A program made the position numbers and the translations under genes. The notes under the pieces were generated by a model. It saw only the letters and a program-made list of their open reading frames with translations. It was not told the DNA's origin and made no database searches. A stretch of 64,000 nucleotides of DNA from Actinomycetota bacterium (lineage in GTDB: Bacteria > Actinomycetota > Actinomycetes > S36-B12 > UBA5976): positions 64,924-128,923 of the forward strand of contig WLPX01000001.1 of assembly GCA_009698575.1 (NCBI GenBank), given 5' to 3'. Shown here in pieces: positions 38,715 through 49,584 of this stretch. How positions within the stretch are numbered: position 1 is the stretch's first letter; each line of letters begins with the position of its first letter.

Positions 38715-39932
38715 ATGGACCAGACTGAAGTAGCCAAGCCCGGACAAGCTCCTGAGGCGCCACTGGCAGTGCACTCAGTTAGCACCTTAATTGGTGAGTA
38801 CATAGGCCGCCTCGGCACCATTTGGGTAGAAGGTCAGCTCGCCGAAGTTAACCCCCGAAAGGGATTAACCTACCTTTCGCTACGCGATACCGATAAAGAC
38901 GTTTCGCTTTCTCTATATGTTGCCTCTGGCGTTATGGACTCTTTAGCAGCAACCATCGAACAGGGCACTCGAGTTCTCGTGCAAGTTAAGGCTGATTGGT
39001 GGGCTAAGCGGGGTTCATTGCAATTTAAAGTTCTGCAGATGCGCGCAGTCGGTATCGGCGAACTTATGGCTCGGCTTGAAGCCTTGCGTAACCTCTTAGC
39101 TGCCGAAGGATTATTTAACGAAGATAGAAAGTTACCGTTGCCGTTCCTGCCTCGGCGAATTGGCTTGATCTGTGGGCAAGCAAGTGATGCGATGCATGAC
39201 GTGATTGAAAATGCCAAGCGTCGTTGGCCTGATGCGCAATTTGAAGTTCGGGAAGTTGCAGTACAAGGCGTAAATTGTGTAAAGCAAGTCAGTGCTGCAC
39301 TAACTGAACTAGATGCGATTTCTGATGTTGATGTCATCGTCATAGCTCGAGGTGGTGGCGCATTCGAAGACTTACTACCATTCAGTGACGAATCTTTGAT
39401 CCGCGTTGTCGCAGGTATCAGCACCCCAGTTGTTGCAGCAATTGGGCACGAAGAAGATCGCCCATTGATTGATTATGTAGCCGACTATCGGGCGTCGACT
39501 CCAACTGATGCTGCACGAAAAATTGTGCCAGATGTACTACAAGAGCTTTCTGACTTGAGAAATACTCGCGCCAGATTACAGACGCTGATTACGGGATTTG
39601 TCTCGCGACTTGAGCAAGAGTTGCTAGTTACCAAAAATAGGCCAGCGTTAGCCTCGCCAGCCACCTTGATTGATCAAAGGCTTCGCGACAATTCCGGAAT
39701 TCGAAGTTCCATAACTTTGCACTTGACTAACTACTTGAAATTAGAAACGGCTTATGTGCAAGGTTCTGTTAAGGCTTTGCGAGCACTCTCACCGCAAGGT
39801 ACCCTCGAGCGTGGTTTCTCGATTGTGCGAAATGATCTCGGTGGAATAGTTAAAAGTGCGGCAAATGTTGCTGTGGCCGATGAAGTTAGTATTCGCTTCG
39901 CAGATGGTGAACGAACTGCAAAAATTCTCTAG
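38715..39932 (+). CDS. xseA: Exodeoxyribonuclease VII large subunit
   Basis: OB-fold N-terminus (VWVEGQLAEV), catalytic core (IARGGGAFEDLLPF), coiled-coil C-terminus. ATG 38715 is chosen because the ORF-track start 38550 would overlap ispH. Confidence 0.9.
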   Translation: MDQTEVAKPGQAPEAPLAVHSVSTLIGEYIGRLGTIWVEGQLAEVNPRKGLTYLSLRDTDKDVSLSLYVASGVMDSLAATIEQGTRVLVQVKADWWAKRGSLQFKVLQMRAVGIGELMARLEALRNLLAAEGLFNEDRKLPLPFLPRRIGLICGQASDAMHDVIENAKRRWPDAQFEVREVAVQGVNCVKQVSAALTELDAISDVDVIVIARGGGAFEDLLPFSDESLIRVVAGISTPVVAAIGHEEDRPLIDYVADYRASTPTDAARKIVPDVLQELSDLRNTRARLQTLITGFVSRLEQELLVTKNRPALASPATLIDQRLRDNSGIRSSITLHLTNYLKLETAYVQGSVKALRALSPQGTLERGFSIVRNDLGGIVKSAANVAVADEVSIRFADGERTAKIL

Positions 39933-39949
39933 GAAGATTTCTTGGAGAT

Positions 39950-40174
39950 TTATTCCGAATCAGATTCGGAATTTGAACCTGGCCGCAAAGCTTCCAATCT
40001 GGCTTTAGCCCCAGCAAGTTTTTCTTCACATACCGCGGCCAATCGTTCACCTTGTTCCCAAAGTGTCACCATGTCATCAAGCGGTAAGTCTTTATCCTCT
40101 AACCGAAGGACAACTTCATCCAGCTGAGCTTTTGCAGCTTCATAGGTTAAATCAGAAATCGGATCTTTAGCCAT
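39950..40174 (-). CDS. xseB: Exodeoxyribonuclease VII small subunit
   Basis: 74 aa. TYEAAKAQLDEVVLRLEDKDLPLDDMVTLWEQGERLAAVCEEKL aligns with the XseB consensus (E. coli [27 protein letters not shown]...). Confidence 0.9.
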   Translation of the reverse strand: MAKDPISDLTYEAAKAQLDEVVLRLEDKDLPLDDMVTLWEQGERLAAVCEEKLAGAKARLEALRPGSNSESDSE

Positions 40175-40183
40175 GGCTTAATC

Positions 40184-40729
40184 CTACGGTTTTGCTGGTT
40201 CGAGTGACTGGGCAAAGCGACTTAATTCTTCCCATTGCACAGTGCCGGAAACAACAGTTGTGACATCGCCCTGCGTTTTAACAAATGCTCGAGTTAAGGG
40301 CTTTGCAATTTCGCATTTTTGCCACGTGGTACCAGAAATAACTTCACTGGAATCACAGGGCGCACTGTTTGTAGCGGCGGCAACAACTGTTTTAGTTGGT
40401 CCATCACTTTGCCAAAGCGATACATATTCTCCAGATTCAGTTTGAAAACCTACAAACCAACGCACATCTCCAGAGTCACCATAAGTCTCTGGTTCAAATC
40501 TGGCGCTCGTCGCGCGATACCCACTTGGGATTTCACTTGGCACCGAAATCGGCCAAGGTTGTGAAATTAGAGCACTAGAAACTGCGGCTGGGTAATCAAC
40601 CGATTGGCTGACTTCTTGCTGGGGACGCCAGGCAATCAACATAATCACCACAACCGTTGCGCCTACGGCTGCCATCGAAAGCACCATATCCCAAACGGTT
40701 TCTCGGCCACGAGGTTTGCGATTTGCCAT
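40184..40729 (-). CDS. DUF4245-family membrane-anchored protein
   Basis: N-terminal basic segment plus a single TM, then a conserved periplasmic-type domain (WPISVPSEIPSGYRATSARF...). Lies 9 nt upstream of xseB. Confidence 0.65.
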   Translation of the reverse strand: MANRKPRGRETVWDMVLSMAAVGATVVVIMLIAWRPQQEVSQSVDYPAAVSSALISQPWPISVPSEIPSGYRATSARFEPETYGDSGDVRWFVGFQTESGEYVSLWQSDGPTKTVVAAATNSAPCDSSEVISGTTWQKCEIAKPLTRAFVKTQGDVTTVVSGTVQWEELSRFAQSLEPAKP

Positions 40730-40812
40730 TTTTCTATTTTGCCTTGTTTCAGGCAGCTTCGCGCACTCACGGCTACGCGTCCACTTGGTTGGTAAAGGAT
40801 TAGGCTACCTAT

Positions 40813-42477
40813 ATGAATTCGTTTAACTACACCGAAATTCTTCCAATTGCCGATCATGAGCCAAAATACCGGCTCGTGACTACTGAGGGTATCTCCACTA
40901 CAAAAATCGGCGAACGGACTTTCTTAAACATCGAACCAAGTGTTTTAGAAAAAGTTGCCTATGAAGCGATTCATGACATTTCGCACTATCTACGCACTAG
41001 CCATCTCGAGCAGCTTCGCAAAATCATCGATGATCCTGATGCTTCACCCAATGATCGGTTTGTTGCAACAGACTTAATGAAGAATGCAAATATTGCAGCC
41101 GGCGGCGTCCTGCCAATGTGCCAAGACACCGGAACTGCAATTGTTTCAGCAAAACGCGGCTCGCAAGTATTAACGGCTGGCCCAGACGAGGAAGCGCTGA
41201 GTCGTGGAATTTATGACGCTTACCAAAAACTAAATCTTCGCTATTCCCAGCTTTCACCGATGAATATGTGGGACGAGAAAAATACCGGCGACAACTTACC
41301 CGCTCAAATTGAAATCTATTCAGATACTAAACCGGGCCATGAAAACACTTACGAGATGCTATTCATTGCAAAAGGCGGCGGCAGCGCAAATAAAAGCTAC
41401 TTGTATCAGGAAACTAAAGCAGTTCTCAATCACGATAGTTTCTTGCAATTCATGGACGAAAAATTACGCTTAATCGGAACTTCAGCTTGCCCGCCATATC
41501 ACTTAGCCGTAGTGGTCGGTGGCACAAGCGCAGAATATGCGCTTAAAGTTTCAAAGCTAGCCAGTACTAAATATCTAGATGAACTTCCAACTCATGGCGG
41601 CCCTGATGGTAACGGCTACCGAGATCTTGAAATGGAAGCCGAAATCTTGAAACTTACTCAAGGCTTTGGCATTGGTGCTCAGTTTGGTGGCAAGTACTTC
41701 TGCCACGATGTTCGTGTGATTCGGTTGCCTCGTCACGGAGCTTCGTGTCCAATTGCAATTGCAGTTTCCTGTTCAGCGGATCGCCAAGCCTTAGTAAAGA
41801 TTGATGCCACTGGCGCTTACATCGAAGCCCTCGAGACCGATCCCGCACGTTTCTTACCTGAAGTAACTGATGAGAATCTAGACGAAAGCGTTGTAAAAAT
41901 TGATTTGAATCAACCAATGGATCAAATCCGAAAAACACTTTCTGGCCTGACCGTAAAAACTCGAGTTTCATTAACAGGATCACTTATCGTCGCTCGTGAC
42001 TTAGCCCATGCAAAAGTTCTCGAGATGTTAAATCGTGGTGAAGAAATACCGCAGTACTTCAAAGATCATGCGGTCTACTATGCCGGACCAGCAAAGACTC
42101 CTGAAGGTTACGCCTCAGGTTCATTTGGCCCGACTACCGCCGGTCGTATGGATGCCTATGTTGATAGATTCCAAAAAGCTGGCGGTTCGTTTGTCATGCT
42201 GGCAAAAGGTAATCGCAGCAATCTAGTTACCCAAGCTTGCAAAGATAATGGTGGTTTCTACTTAGGTTCCATTGGTGGCCCAGCAGCTCGGTTAGCAAAA
42301 GACAACATCACAAAAGTTGAAGTACTAGATTTTCCAGAAATGGGTATGGAAGCAGTTTGGAAAATTGAAGTCAAAGATTTCCCAGCGTTTGTTGTAGTGG
42401 ATGACAAAGGAAATGATTTCTTTGCGGAAACTTTGCGACCAGTAGCCCTAAACATTCCAGTAGGGCCACCGACATAA
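40813..42477 (+). CDS. Class I (Fe-S dependent) fumarate hydratase, fused alpha-beta form
   Basis: 554 aa. MCQDTGTA cluster-ligand region, GGGSANKS and C-terminal beta-domain motifs of FumA/TtdAB-type hydrolyases. Confidence 0.9.
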   Translation: MNSFNYTEILPIADHEPKYRLVTTEGISTTKIGERTFLNIEPSVLEKVAYEAIHDISHYLRTSHLEQLRKIIDDPDASPNDRFVATDLMKNANIAAGGVLPMCQDTGTAIVSAKRGSQVLTAGPDEEALSRGIYDAYQKLNLRYSQLSPMNMWDEKNTGDNLPAQIEIYSDTKPGHENTYEMLFIAKGGGSANKSYLYQETKAVLNHDSFLQFMDEKLRLIGTSACPPYHLAVVVGGTSAEYALKVSKLASTKYLDELPTHGGPDGNGYRDLEMEAEILKLTQGFGIGAQFGGKYFCHDVRVIRLPRHGASCPIAIAVSCSADRQALVKIDATGAYIEALETDPARFLPEVTDENLDESVVKIDLNQPMDQIRKTLSGLTVKTRVSLTGSLIVARDLAHAKVLEMLNRGEEIPQYFKDHAVYYAGPAKTPEGYASGSFGPTTAGRMDAYVDRFQKAGGSFVMLAKGNRSNLVTQACKDNGGFYLGSIGGPAARLAKDNITKVEVLDFPEMGMEAVWKIEVKDFPAFVVVDDKGNDFFAETLRPVALNIPVGPPT

Positions 42478-42487
42478 AGGTAAGCCG

Positions 42488-42916
42488 TTAAGGCTTGAAT
42501 TTCTTAGCTGGTGGCCACGGACTCCAGCCTCGATCTAGCCAGCCTCGATAAGCCACACGATCTTGCTGCAGACAAGAAGCCTTTGAGGCCTTAGGGGCGT
42601 ATTTTGTACCACCATATTTTTGCCAAAATCCCTTTGTTACTTGCCAAGTTCCTTGGTACTTACCTTTGCCGCCCGTTGACTTGCAATTATTTCTAGATTC
42701 GGCATGTTTCAAAAACTTTGCAGTGGGTGAATTTACCCACACCTTAAATGAAATTTTTTTGCGATCTTCCTTGGACAGGTCTCGTGTGGGATCGTCAGCG
42801 GTAGCAACAACAGCCGCAGACGCTGGACTTAGAAATCCTTGTTGACTTATTACGACAGATAGCCCAAAAATTACCTGAACAGCTGACTGTTTCCAAATAT
42901 TCATTATGTTAAACAA
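42488..42916 (-). CDS. Small secreted transglycosylase-like (Rpf-type lysozyme-fold) domain protein
   Basis: Signal peptide (…SPASA-AV). AESRNNCKSTGGKGKYQGTWQVTKGFWQKYGG...WSPWP parallels the Rpf/transglycosylase-like domain (ECESGGN..GYYGGLQF..TW..YGG...PWP). Confidence 0.55.
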   Translation of the reverse strand: MFNIMNIWKQSAVQVIFGLSVVISQQGFLSPASAAVVATADDPTRDLSKEDRKKISFKVWVNSPTAKFLKHAESRNNCKSTGGKGKYQGTWQVTKGFWQKYGGTKYAPKASKASCLQQDRVAYRGWLDRGWSPWPPAKKFKP

Positions 42917-42937
42917 TTTAACAGATTCAAGCTTGAA

Positions 42938-44245
42938 CTATGCAGGTAGGTCTTCCAGCATTTCTGTTACAAGGGCAGCGATTGGAGATCGTTCAGATCT
43001 AGTTAAAGTCACGTGTCCAAACAGCGGATGCCCTTTTAATTTTTCTACAACTGCAACTACGCCATCGTGACGTCCAACTCGTAGGTTGTCACGCTGTGCC
43101 ACGTCATGAGTTAGCACGACTCGACTGTCTTTTCCAATGCGGGAAAGTACAGTTAGCAGAACGTTTCGCTCCAAAGACTGGGCCTCATCAACAATGACAA
43201 ACGTGTCATGCAGTGATCGTCCTCGAATATGAGTCAGCGGCAAAACTTCTAACATTCCGCGCTCCAAAATTTCATCGATCACGTCAGCTGAGGTAACGGC
43301 TGACAAGGTGTCAAAGACGGCTTGTGCCCACGGCGACATTTTTTCGTTTTCACTACCTGGGAGGTACCCCAGCTCCTGACCGCCAACTGCGTAAAGTGGC
43401 CGAAAAATTACTACTTTGCGATGTTGTTGTCGTTCCATCACAGCTTCTAGTCCAGCACATAGTGCTAATGCACTCTTTCCAGTGCCAGCTCGTCCACCCA
43501 ATGAAACGATGCCGATATCAGGATCAAGCAATAGGTCAAGGGCAATACGCTGTTCGGCGCTGCGACCATGGAGTCCAAAGGCTTCTCGATCACCCCGAAC
43601 CAATTGCAATCGTTTGTCGGCAGTTACTCGCGCTAATGCACTTCCCCGCTCGCTAGATAGCACGACACCGGTATGACATGGGTGCTCGCGCGCACTTTCA
43701 TGATCGATTATCTCGTCGCTATAAAGATCATCGATTTCACTTGAGCTCACTGAAACTTCAGTCATCCCAGTCCATCCGCTGGATGGCACAATCTCGGCTC
43801 GATACTCTTGCGCCTCGAGCCCAACTGCCGATGCTTTCACGCGAAGTGGCAGATCCTTACTGACCAAAACGACATCGCAACCTTCTTCGGCAAGGTTGCG
43901 AGCAACAGACAAAATTCTCGTATCGTTATCGCCAAGGCGGAATCCAGCAGGCAAAATTTCCGAATTCGTATGGTTTAACTCCACACGTAATACGCCACCC
44001 TTATCGCCAATTGGCAGCGGGGCATCTAAGCGACCGTGTTTGATGCGCAAGTCATCCAGGCTACGCAGTGCTGATCGCGCAAAATATCCAAGTTCTGGAT
44101 GAGTGCGCTTAGATTCAAGTTCAGTTATTACGACGACTGGGATGACCACCTCGTGTTCATCGAATCGAAACAATGCACTCGGGTCAGATAACAAAACGCT
44201 GGTATCTAAAACATAAGTTCGCTTTTGAGTGTTCGATTCGGTCAC
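42938..44245 (-). CDS. phoH2: PhoH2: PIN-domain RNase fused to PhoH-like ATPase
   Basis: N-terminal PIN (YVLDTSVLL...), C-terminal PhoH ATPase with GRAGTGKS Walker A and VIVDEAQ. GTG start. Confidence 0.9.
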   Translation of the reverse strand: MTESNTQKRTYVLDTSVLLSDPSALFRFDEHEVVIPVVVITELESKRTHPELGYFARSALRSLDDLRIKHGRLDAPLPIGDKGGVLRVELNHTNSEILPAGFRLGDNDTRILSVARNLAEEGCDVVLVSKDLPLRVKASAVGLEAQEYRAEIVPSSGWTGMTEVSVSSSEIDDLYSDEIIDHESAREHPCHTGVVLSSERGSALARVTADKRLQLVRGDREAFGLHGRSAEQRIALDLLLDPDIGIVSLGGRAGTGKSALALCAGLEAVMERQQHRKVVIFRPLYAVGGQELGYLPGSENEKMSPWAQAVFDTLSAVTSADVIDEILERGMLEVLPLTHIRGRSLHDTFVIVDEAQSLERNVLLTVLSRIGKDSRVVLTHDVAQRDNLRVGRHDGVVAVVEKLKGHPLFGHVTLTRSERSPIAALVTEMLEDLPA

Positions 44246-44430
44246 GCGATCACCCCAGATTTTCAGATTTATCCGTGGGAAGGATCGGTATGGTCCGATA
44301 CCAATGACCGTAATCCTGTGTGACTTTGGATAAGGACAGACACGCCGCAGTAATACCTTTCAGATGGGTAAACTCCTGAACAACAACACGCCTGTGGCCA
44401 ATCGGTACCTCACCTACTAATCTGGGGCGC

Positions 44431-45207
44431 ATGGGAAGATTGCGCACGCTCGTTGGTGACATTGCCTACGATCTATACGGGCATCGACTCACCTCAGCGT
44501 TACCCCACGATCAATTACCTGCACATGTAGGTGTCATTCTTGACGGCAATCGGCGCTGGGCAGCTGAACTGGGATCTTCTAGTGCCTACGGACATCGCGC
44601 TGGCGGTGAAAAAATTACTGAATTCTTGGGTTGGTGCGAAGACTTAGGCGTTGAAGTTGTCACTCTCTGGTTACTTTCAACGGACAATCTTTCGCGAGAC
44701 CCCGCCGAGCTTGATGCCCTGCTGGAAATAATCGAAGAAACAGTCACGTCACTGGCAGAATCTAACCGCTGGCAAATTCATCCAGTGGGTGCCCTCGAGT
44801 TACTTCCACCTAGAACTACAGCGGTATTGAATCAGGCTAAGGAATCAACTGCCACAGTGAGTGGCTTGCTGGTGAACGTTGCAGTTGGCTATGGCGGCAG
44901 ACAAGAAGTTGTAGACGCCGTGCGCTCACTGCTGCAAGAACAGTCTGCTGCAGGAGTAACACTCGATGAATTGGCTAAGACTATCGACATCGAACATATT
45001 GCAGCTCATCTTTATACCAAGGGGCAACCTGATCCAGATTTAGTTATCCGCACTTCTGGCGAACAGCGCTTGAGTGGATTTTTATTGTGGCAAAGTGCGC
45101 ACTCAGAATTTTATTTTTGTGAAGCTTACTGGCCAAATTTTCGAAGAATTGATTTCTTGCGTGCAGTTCGCTCTTATGCGGCTCGAAATCGTAGGTTTGG
45201 AATTTAA
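44431..45207 (+). CDS. uppS: Cis-(Z)-isoprenyl diphosphate synthase (UppS family)
   Basis: [29 protein letters not shown] and EFYF motifs. Confidence 0.9.
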   Translation: MGRLRTLVGDIAYDLYGHRLTSALPHDQLPAHVGVILDGNRRWAAELGSSSAYGHRAGGEKITEFLGWCEDLGVEVVTLWLLSTDNLSRDPAELDALLEIIEETVTSLAESNRWQIHPVGALELLPPRTTAVLNQAKESTATVSGLLVNVAVGYGGRQEVVDAVRSLLQEQSAAGVTLDELAKTIDIEHIAAHLYTKGQPDPDLVIRTSGEQRLSGFLLWQSAHSEFYFCEAYWPNFRRIDFLRAVRSYAARNRRFGI

Positions 45208-47267
45208 GGTCTAGCGGCAATCGTTTTTTGTAATACTGATAAATCAGTTGTTGGTGCATCGCACACAAATCCTCGACATACATACGCGGTATCGTCCGAT
45301 TTAACTTGGATTCGATTCTGCATTAACGGCTGATCTTCTCCCCAGGCATAAACCATTCCTGGGGCATTGCCCATCCCAACCAAGTTATGCATCGGTGAAT
45401 TTGGTTTTGCCGTGACCGCAACTTCACGAGGTCCATCTAGCCACATCGCAAACACTGCGCTACTCCAGCCCGCAAATCTGGTGTGGGCACTAACCAATGG
45501 CACGAGTGCAGGCATGAAAGACTCCGCCCAATTCTTTATATCTAAGTCACCCGAGAGTGCTGAGTACGTCAAAGCTGCATCTACCGTTGCCGCCCAGCCT
45601 GATGGAGTTACATTGTCAGTTGGATCGACTTGTCGAGCCGTGACATCTTTTGCAACGGGTGGTACGTCATTTGCAGTATCTGCCAGTCCAGAATTTTGCT
45701 GAAAATGTTCCTGTATGTCAGCAAGTAAAACTCCGGCAAGTTCTCGCCAGGAATCATCACCGTGAACCTGAGAAAGCGACAGGAACGCACTTGCAGTTAA
45801 TGCTTGATCTTCCAGCACGCCCATCGCGTGTAAGCCAGGTTTGCCATCGCGCGACACTCGTACCAATCGATTTGGGTAATCTGAATTTGCGCCTAAGTGA
45901 ACGCTAACCAATAAATCGCCTGCGCGAGTGGCTGCTTCAATCCAATCGGGCCGGTCGCATACCGTTCCAGCATCGACTAGGGCACGAATGGCAAGTGCGT
46001 TCCAACTAGCTACAACTTTGTCATCGCGTCCAGGTCGCGGTCGTTGCTCTCGAGCTACAAACAACTTTGTTCGTAACTGATGCCACTTGTCCCAATCATC
46101 GGGATCTTTGTGCAAAGTTAAAACAGACTTACCATCTTCGAAAGTTCCATCCGTTGTTACGTTGCATAATTCACTTACCCACTGCGCATCCGGAGCCCCA
46201 AGCACTTGGATGAGTTCTGCCGGTGTCCAAGCATAAAACGCTCCTTCATGCGAATGCTGCGTTACCGGATCAATGCTGTCGGCATCAAGGGCTGCTGCGA
46301 ACCCGCCTTCGGGAGTAAGTAATTCCCGAGTTATAAATTCTGCGGTTTCGGTAGTGATTCGAAATGCCAACGTACTACCCGTTAAGCGATACCAATGTGC
46401 ATAAATCGAAAGTAACTGAGCATTGTCGTAAAGCATTTTTTCAAAATGCGGCACGGTCCACGTTTCATCGACACTGTACCTAGCGAATCCGCCACCAAGT
46501 TGGTCATACATGCCACCTCTCGCCATGGCCTCACAAGTATGTTCAAGAATTTGCAATGCTCTTTCATCAACTGGAATAGATTCAAGAATCTGTAACGCCT
46601 GGCACCTATTTAGAAATTCCAGAGCTAATGCCGGCGGAAATTTTGGAGCAGTGCCAAAGCCGCCGTTGATTGGATCGTATGCAGCAGTCAGGGAATCGAT
46701 TCCACTAGTAACTGCAGCCAAGATTTCAGCTCTTGTGAAATCAGGTTTTGCATTCACAATCAAGTCGTTACGGGATCCGATGTGTTCCATAATTCGAGTT
46801 GCAGAATCTGAGACTCGTTCACGTTCTTTAGTCCAGGTGTCATTTAAGGCGAGTAGGACTTGGGTAAACGATGGCATTCCATGCGAAGGACGTGATGGAA
46901 AATATGTACCGGCGTACCAAGGCTTTCGATCGTGATCTAACCAAACTGACATTGGCCAGCCGCCGTGCCCTGTCATCGCCTGAGTAGCTTCCATGTAAAG
47001 CGAATCGACTGCCGGTAGTTCCTCCCGATCAACTTTTATGTTTACAAAATATTCATTCATTAAAGCTGCGACGGATGGGCTTTCAAAGCTCTCGTGTGCC
47101 ATGACATGACACCAATGACAGGCGCTGTATCCAACACTTAGAAAAATCGGCACATCTCTAGTTCGAGCTAATTCAAATGCTTCCTCGCCCCAGGGATACC
47201 AATCAACTGGATTGTCTGCATGCTGCAATAGATATGGGGATGTTGAATCTGCGAGGCGATTAGTCAC
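45204..47267 (-). CDS. Thioredoxin-domain protein of the YyaL/DUF255 family (thioredoxin fold plus alpha/alpha-barrel)
   Basis: 687 aa. N-terminal [11 protein letters not shown]...[13 protein letters not shown] is typical of DUF255. Confidence 0.85.
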   Translation of the reverse strand: MTNRLADSTSPYLLQHADNPVDWYPWGEEAFELARTRDVPIFLSVGYSACHWCHVMAHESFESPSVAALMNEYFVNIKVDREELPAVDSLYMEATQAMTGHGGWPMSVWLDHDRKPWYAGTYFPSRPSHGMPSFTQVLLALNDTWTKERERVSDSATRIMEHIGSRNDLIVNAKPDFTRAEILAAVTSGIDSLTAAYDPINGGFGTAPKFPPALALEFLNRCQALQILESIPVDERALQILEHTCEAMARGGMYDQLGGGFARYSVDETWTVPHFEKMLYDNAQLLSIYAHWYRLTGSTLAFRITTETAEFITRELLTPEGGFAAALDADSIDPVTQHSHEGAFYAWTPAELIQVLGAPDAQWVSELCNVTTDGTFEDGKSVLTLHKDPDDWDKWHQLRTKLFVAREQRPRPGRDDKVVASWNALAIRALVDAGTVCDRPDWIEAATRAGDLLVSVHLGANSDYPNRLVRVSRDGKPGLHAMGVLEDQALTASAFLSLSQVHGDDSWRELAGVLLADIQEHFQQNSGLADTANDVPPVAKDVTARQVDPTDNVTPSGWAATVDAALTYSALSGDLDIKNWAESFMPALVPLVSAHTRFAGWSSAVFAMWLDGPREVAVTAKPNSPMHNLVGMGNAPGMVYAWGEDQPLMQNRIQVKSDDTAYVCRGFVCDAPTTDLSVLQKTIAARP

Positions 47268-47320
47268 ACTTCATTCTTGCACCTCGCGAAGCATGCACAG
47301 AATACGCAGACTCTTACCTT

Positions 47321-48535
47321 CTAGTTTTTTGTTGAACCGCTAATAATTCCTGGGCGTGAAATTACGATTCCAGACAGCATCTGAATGATCAGTGCTACTC
47401 CCAACGCAATAAACGATGCGCCCCAAGTGTGTGTTAAGTCTTTTAATAGGCCCAAAGTCAATGGCCCTAGTGCTGAAATGATGTAGCCACCACCCTGCAT
47501 AAACGACCCCAGATCTCGCGCCGTTTCGTGGCTATCGGAGCGAAGTAAAACCAGAGTCAGAGCCAGTGGAAATGATGAACCTAATCCGATGCCAAGGAGT
47601 GAAACCCATAGCCAAGTTCCGTTTTCCCACCAACCCGTAGTTGCGAAAACATAAATTCCAACTAAACCAACTGCGAAAATTGCTACGAAGATTAAGCAAA
47701 GCGTTACCTGAGATTTGAATTTCGCAGCTAGTGGCGGAACAAAAAGACCGGCTGGAAATCCGAGTAGCACTAAGAGAGCGAGTTGATTGCCGGCAATTGT
47801 TGGATCGATACCAGAATCTCGCAGGATAGATGGCAGCCAGGCATTCATGGAATGGTAATTCATGGACTGGAAACCAAAGTAAAGAACTAATGCCCAAGCT
47901 AACTTGTTATGGAACAGGCCACGCATGTCGCGAGGAGATGTCAAAGTTTCATCAACTGTTTCCTCATGACGATAAAAACGCCAAACTGCCCAAGCAACTA
48001 ATGGCAGAACGGCCCATACTTCTAAAGCTCCACGCCATGAACCAAAGGCTTCAGTAAGCGGATACGTGATTAGCGCAGCCACCGCTGCCGAAATTGATAT
48101 AGCTCCCGCAATCATTCCCATTACTCCGCCGATATTTTTTGGGAAATCTCTGCGCGTAATTATTGAAGGGACTACGTTTCCTACTGCAACACCGAGTCCA
48201 ATAATGATTGTTCCAAGATAGAGAACTACTACGGAAGGGACAAGGCGCAGGGTTCCACCGATCGCGAGAGCAATCAACGCAACTGAAACTGCTTTGTTTG
48301 GAGTTACTCGGTGTAGCAATCTAGGGACCAGCATTGCTCCAAGTCCAAACATGAGAATTGGCAAAGTACTCAACAAAGATGCTGCTGTCGCACTTAGCCC
48401 AAATTCGGCGCGAATTTCAGGAAGTACCGGACCAACGGAAGTGGTTAGTGGACGTAAGGTCATGCCGACAAAGAACAGGGGCATGGCTTTTAAAATAAAT
48501 TTTTGCTGGGACTTCACGGCAGAATCTGACACCAA
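47321..48535 (-). CDS. MFS transporter, CynX/YeaN-like
   Basis: 12 TM. N-terminal GMTLRPLTTSVGPVLPEIRAEFGLS matches the CynX-family signature. The start is TTG 48535 or, better spaced from a GGGAG RBS, GTG 48532. Confidence 0.8.
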   Translation of the reverse strand: MVSDSAVKSQQKFILKAMPLFFVGMTLRPLTTSVGPVLPEIRAEFGLSATAASLLSTLPILMFGLGAMLVPRLLHRVTPNKAVSVALIALAIGGTLRLVPSVVVLYLGTIIIGLGVAVGNVVPSIITRRDFPKNIGGVMGMIAGAISISAAVAALITYPLTEAFGSWRGALEVWAVLPLVAWAVWRFYRHEETVDETLTSPRDMRGLFHNKLAWALVLYFGFQSMNYHSMNAWLPSILRDSGIDPTIAGNQLALLVLLGFPAGLFVPPLAAKFKSQVTLCLIFVAIFAVGLVGIYVFATTGWWENGTWLWVSLLGIGLGSSFPLALTLVLLRSDSHETARDLGSFMQGGGYIISALGPLTLGLLKDLTHTWGASFIALGVALIIQMLSGIVISRPGIISGSTKN

Positions 48536-48602
48536 AACTCCCTTAGTTGATGTGCCAAGCCTACTGGGTGAAATTACTTCGCTTAATTTTGGTAGTTAAG
48601 AA

Positions 48603-48864
48603 GACACCCACCCGTCCGACCTGATTTTCGACCCCACATTCGCCTGCTGGAACTTTCGCAGCGTCAATCGCCACTACTAATCCTCACTGCAGATTTTGAC
48701 CATCTGGATCAAAGTGCAGGCAGGACTTACATCTAAACCGCACCGTGCTCAACGACCAAAAGTCGTCTTACGTGGACCGCTTTGCCTGCGGCTGGCATCG
48801 GCTTATAGCAAACCAACTTCGAAGAACTGCTTTGCTATGCAATCACGGACCCGGGTGGGTGCCT
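48603..48864 (-). ncRNA. Candidate structured ncRNA (raiA-motif-like by position; class unverified)
   Basis: Closing helix 48605-48618/48846-48861 plus nested hairpins. G-U wobbles favour the minus strand. It lies 12 nt downstream of comFC in the largest non-coding gap of the window. Confidence 0.5.
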
Positions 48865-48875
48865 TAGACGCAAGA

Positions 48876-49496
48876 TTATCGGCTTTTAGGCGAACCACAT
48901 AAAGCAATCCCAAAAACTCTTTGAGCGCCCGCGATTCGAAGAATGCCAGCCGCGCTACTCATCGTGGCACCCGTGGTTATTACATCGTCAATTAATACAA
49001 CATCTCCGGACAGCTGGCAGCGCGCGCCGAATGCTCGCGCCATATTCTTCTTGCGTTCATGCGCAGACAATCCGACTTGATCTCGCACGCAAGACTTGAG
49101 AAACAGTGCAGCTGTTAATTTCGGGCCTGAAGCTAAGTTCCTACTAACTTCAGCTCCCAAAGTTGCAATGGAATCAAATCCGCGGTCTGCGATTTTTTCT
49201 GGCGAGCTTGGAATTGGCACTAACGTTATTGGATTTGCAAAATCTGAGATCTGAAATACCGTCATTAAAGCTGATGCCAATGCAGGAGCATTTCGTTGTC
49301 GGCCATTCTTGTACTCAATTAGCTTGTCTCGCACCCAGCCTTCATACGGACTTGAGCAATAAGTTTGGGCCACATTTGTAATTGGCTTTCCAGCGAATGG
49401 ACTAATTTTCGATGAACAAGCACTACATAGGTTGTTTCCGAGCGACCCACAACTTAAACATGTTGGAGTAAAAATAAGTTCTTTGATAATCGACAC
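48876..49496 (-). CDS. comFC: ComF-family phosphoribosyltransferase-fold protein
   Basis: N-terminal 4-Cys zinc-finger (CLSCGS...CSAC) and C-terminal PRTase motif VVLIDDVITTGAT. Confidence 0.85.
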   Translation of the reverse strand: MSIIKELIFTPTCLSCGSLGNNLCSACSSKISPFAGKPITNVAQTYCSSPYEGWVRDKLIEYKNGRQRNAPALASALMTVFQISDFANPITLVPIPSSPEKIADRGFDSIATLGAEVSRNLASGPKLTAALFLKSCVRDQVGLSAHERKKNMARAFGARCQLSGDVVLIDDVITTGATMSSAAGILRIAGAQRVFGIALCGSPKSR

Positions 49497-49584
49497 TTGA
49501 AAACTGTGTCAAAAATTGTGCTATCAGATTTGTAACGTCACGTTGGTGTGAATAACTCTTAGGTGTGGTCGCATAATTCGCTAT

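Noticed and set aside
38870-39424. 184-aa minus-strand ORF inside xseA, with similar long antisense ORFs at 60079-60621 (in accA3), 32691-33173 (in typA) and 1387-1797 (in the 794-aa membrane protein gene)
   Set aside because: All lie wholly antisense within genes that have strong family signatures, and they have low-complexity Ser/Arg/Pro-rich translations. There is no independent evidence for coding.
44253-44427. 9-nt complementarity (ccccagatt / aatctgggg) bracketing the whole phoH2-uppS divergent spacer, suggesting a closed RNA structure
   Set aside because: A single 9-bp match within about 180 nt has roughly a 5% chance expectation. I could not find supporting nested helices. The region is a divergent promoter spacer, and the 70-aa ORF at 44250-44462 looks spurious.
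48603-48640. Minus-strand sequence GGGGTCGAAAATCAGGTCGGACGGG, which superficially resembles the tmRNA 5' end (GGGGCUGAUUCUGGAUUCGACGGG)
   Set aside because: It lies at the 3' end, not the 5' end, of the candidate minus-strand RNA. The region is too short for tmRNA, and there is no tRNA-like CCA-proximal T-arm or tag reading frame.
48696-48902. 68-aa plus-strand ORF spanning the comFC-MFS gap
   Set aside because: Arg-rich translation with no RBS. It overlaps the comFC 3' end and coincides with the base-paired RNA candidate, so coding is unlikely.
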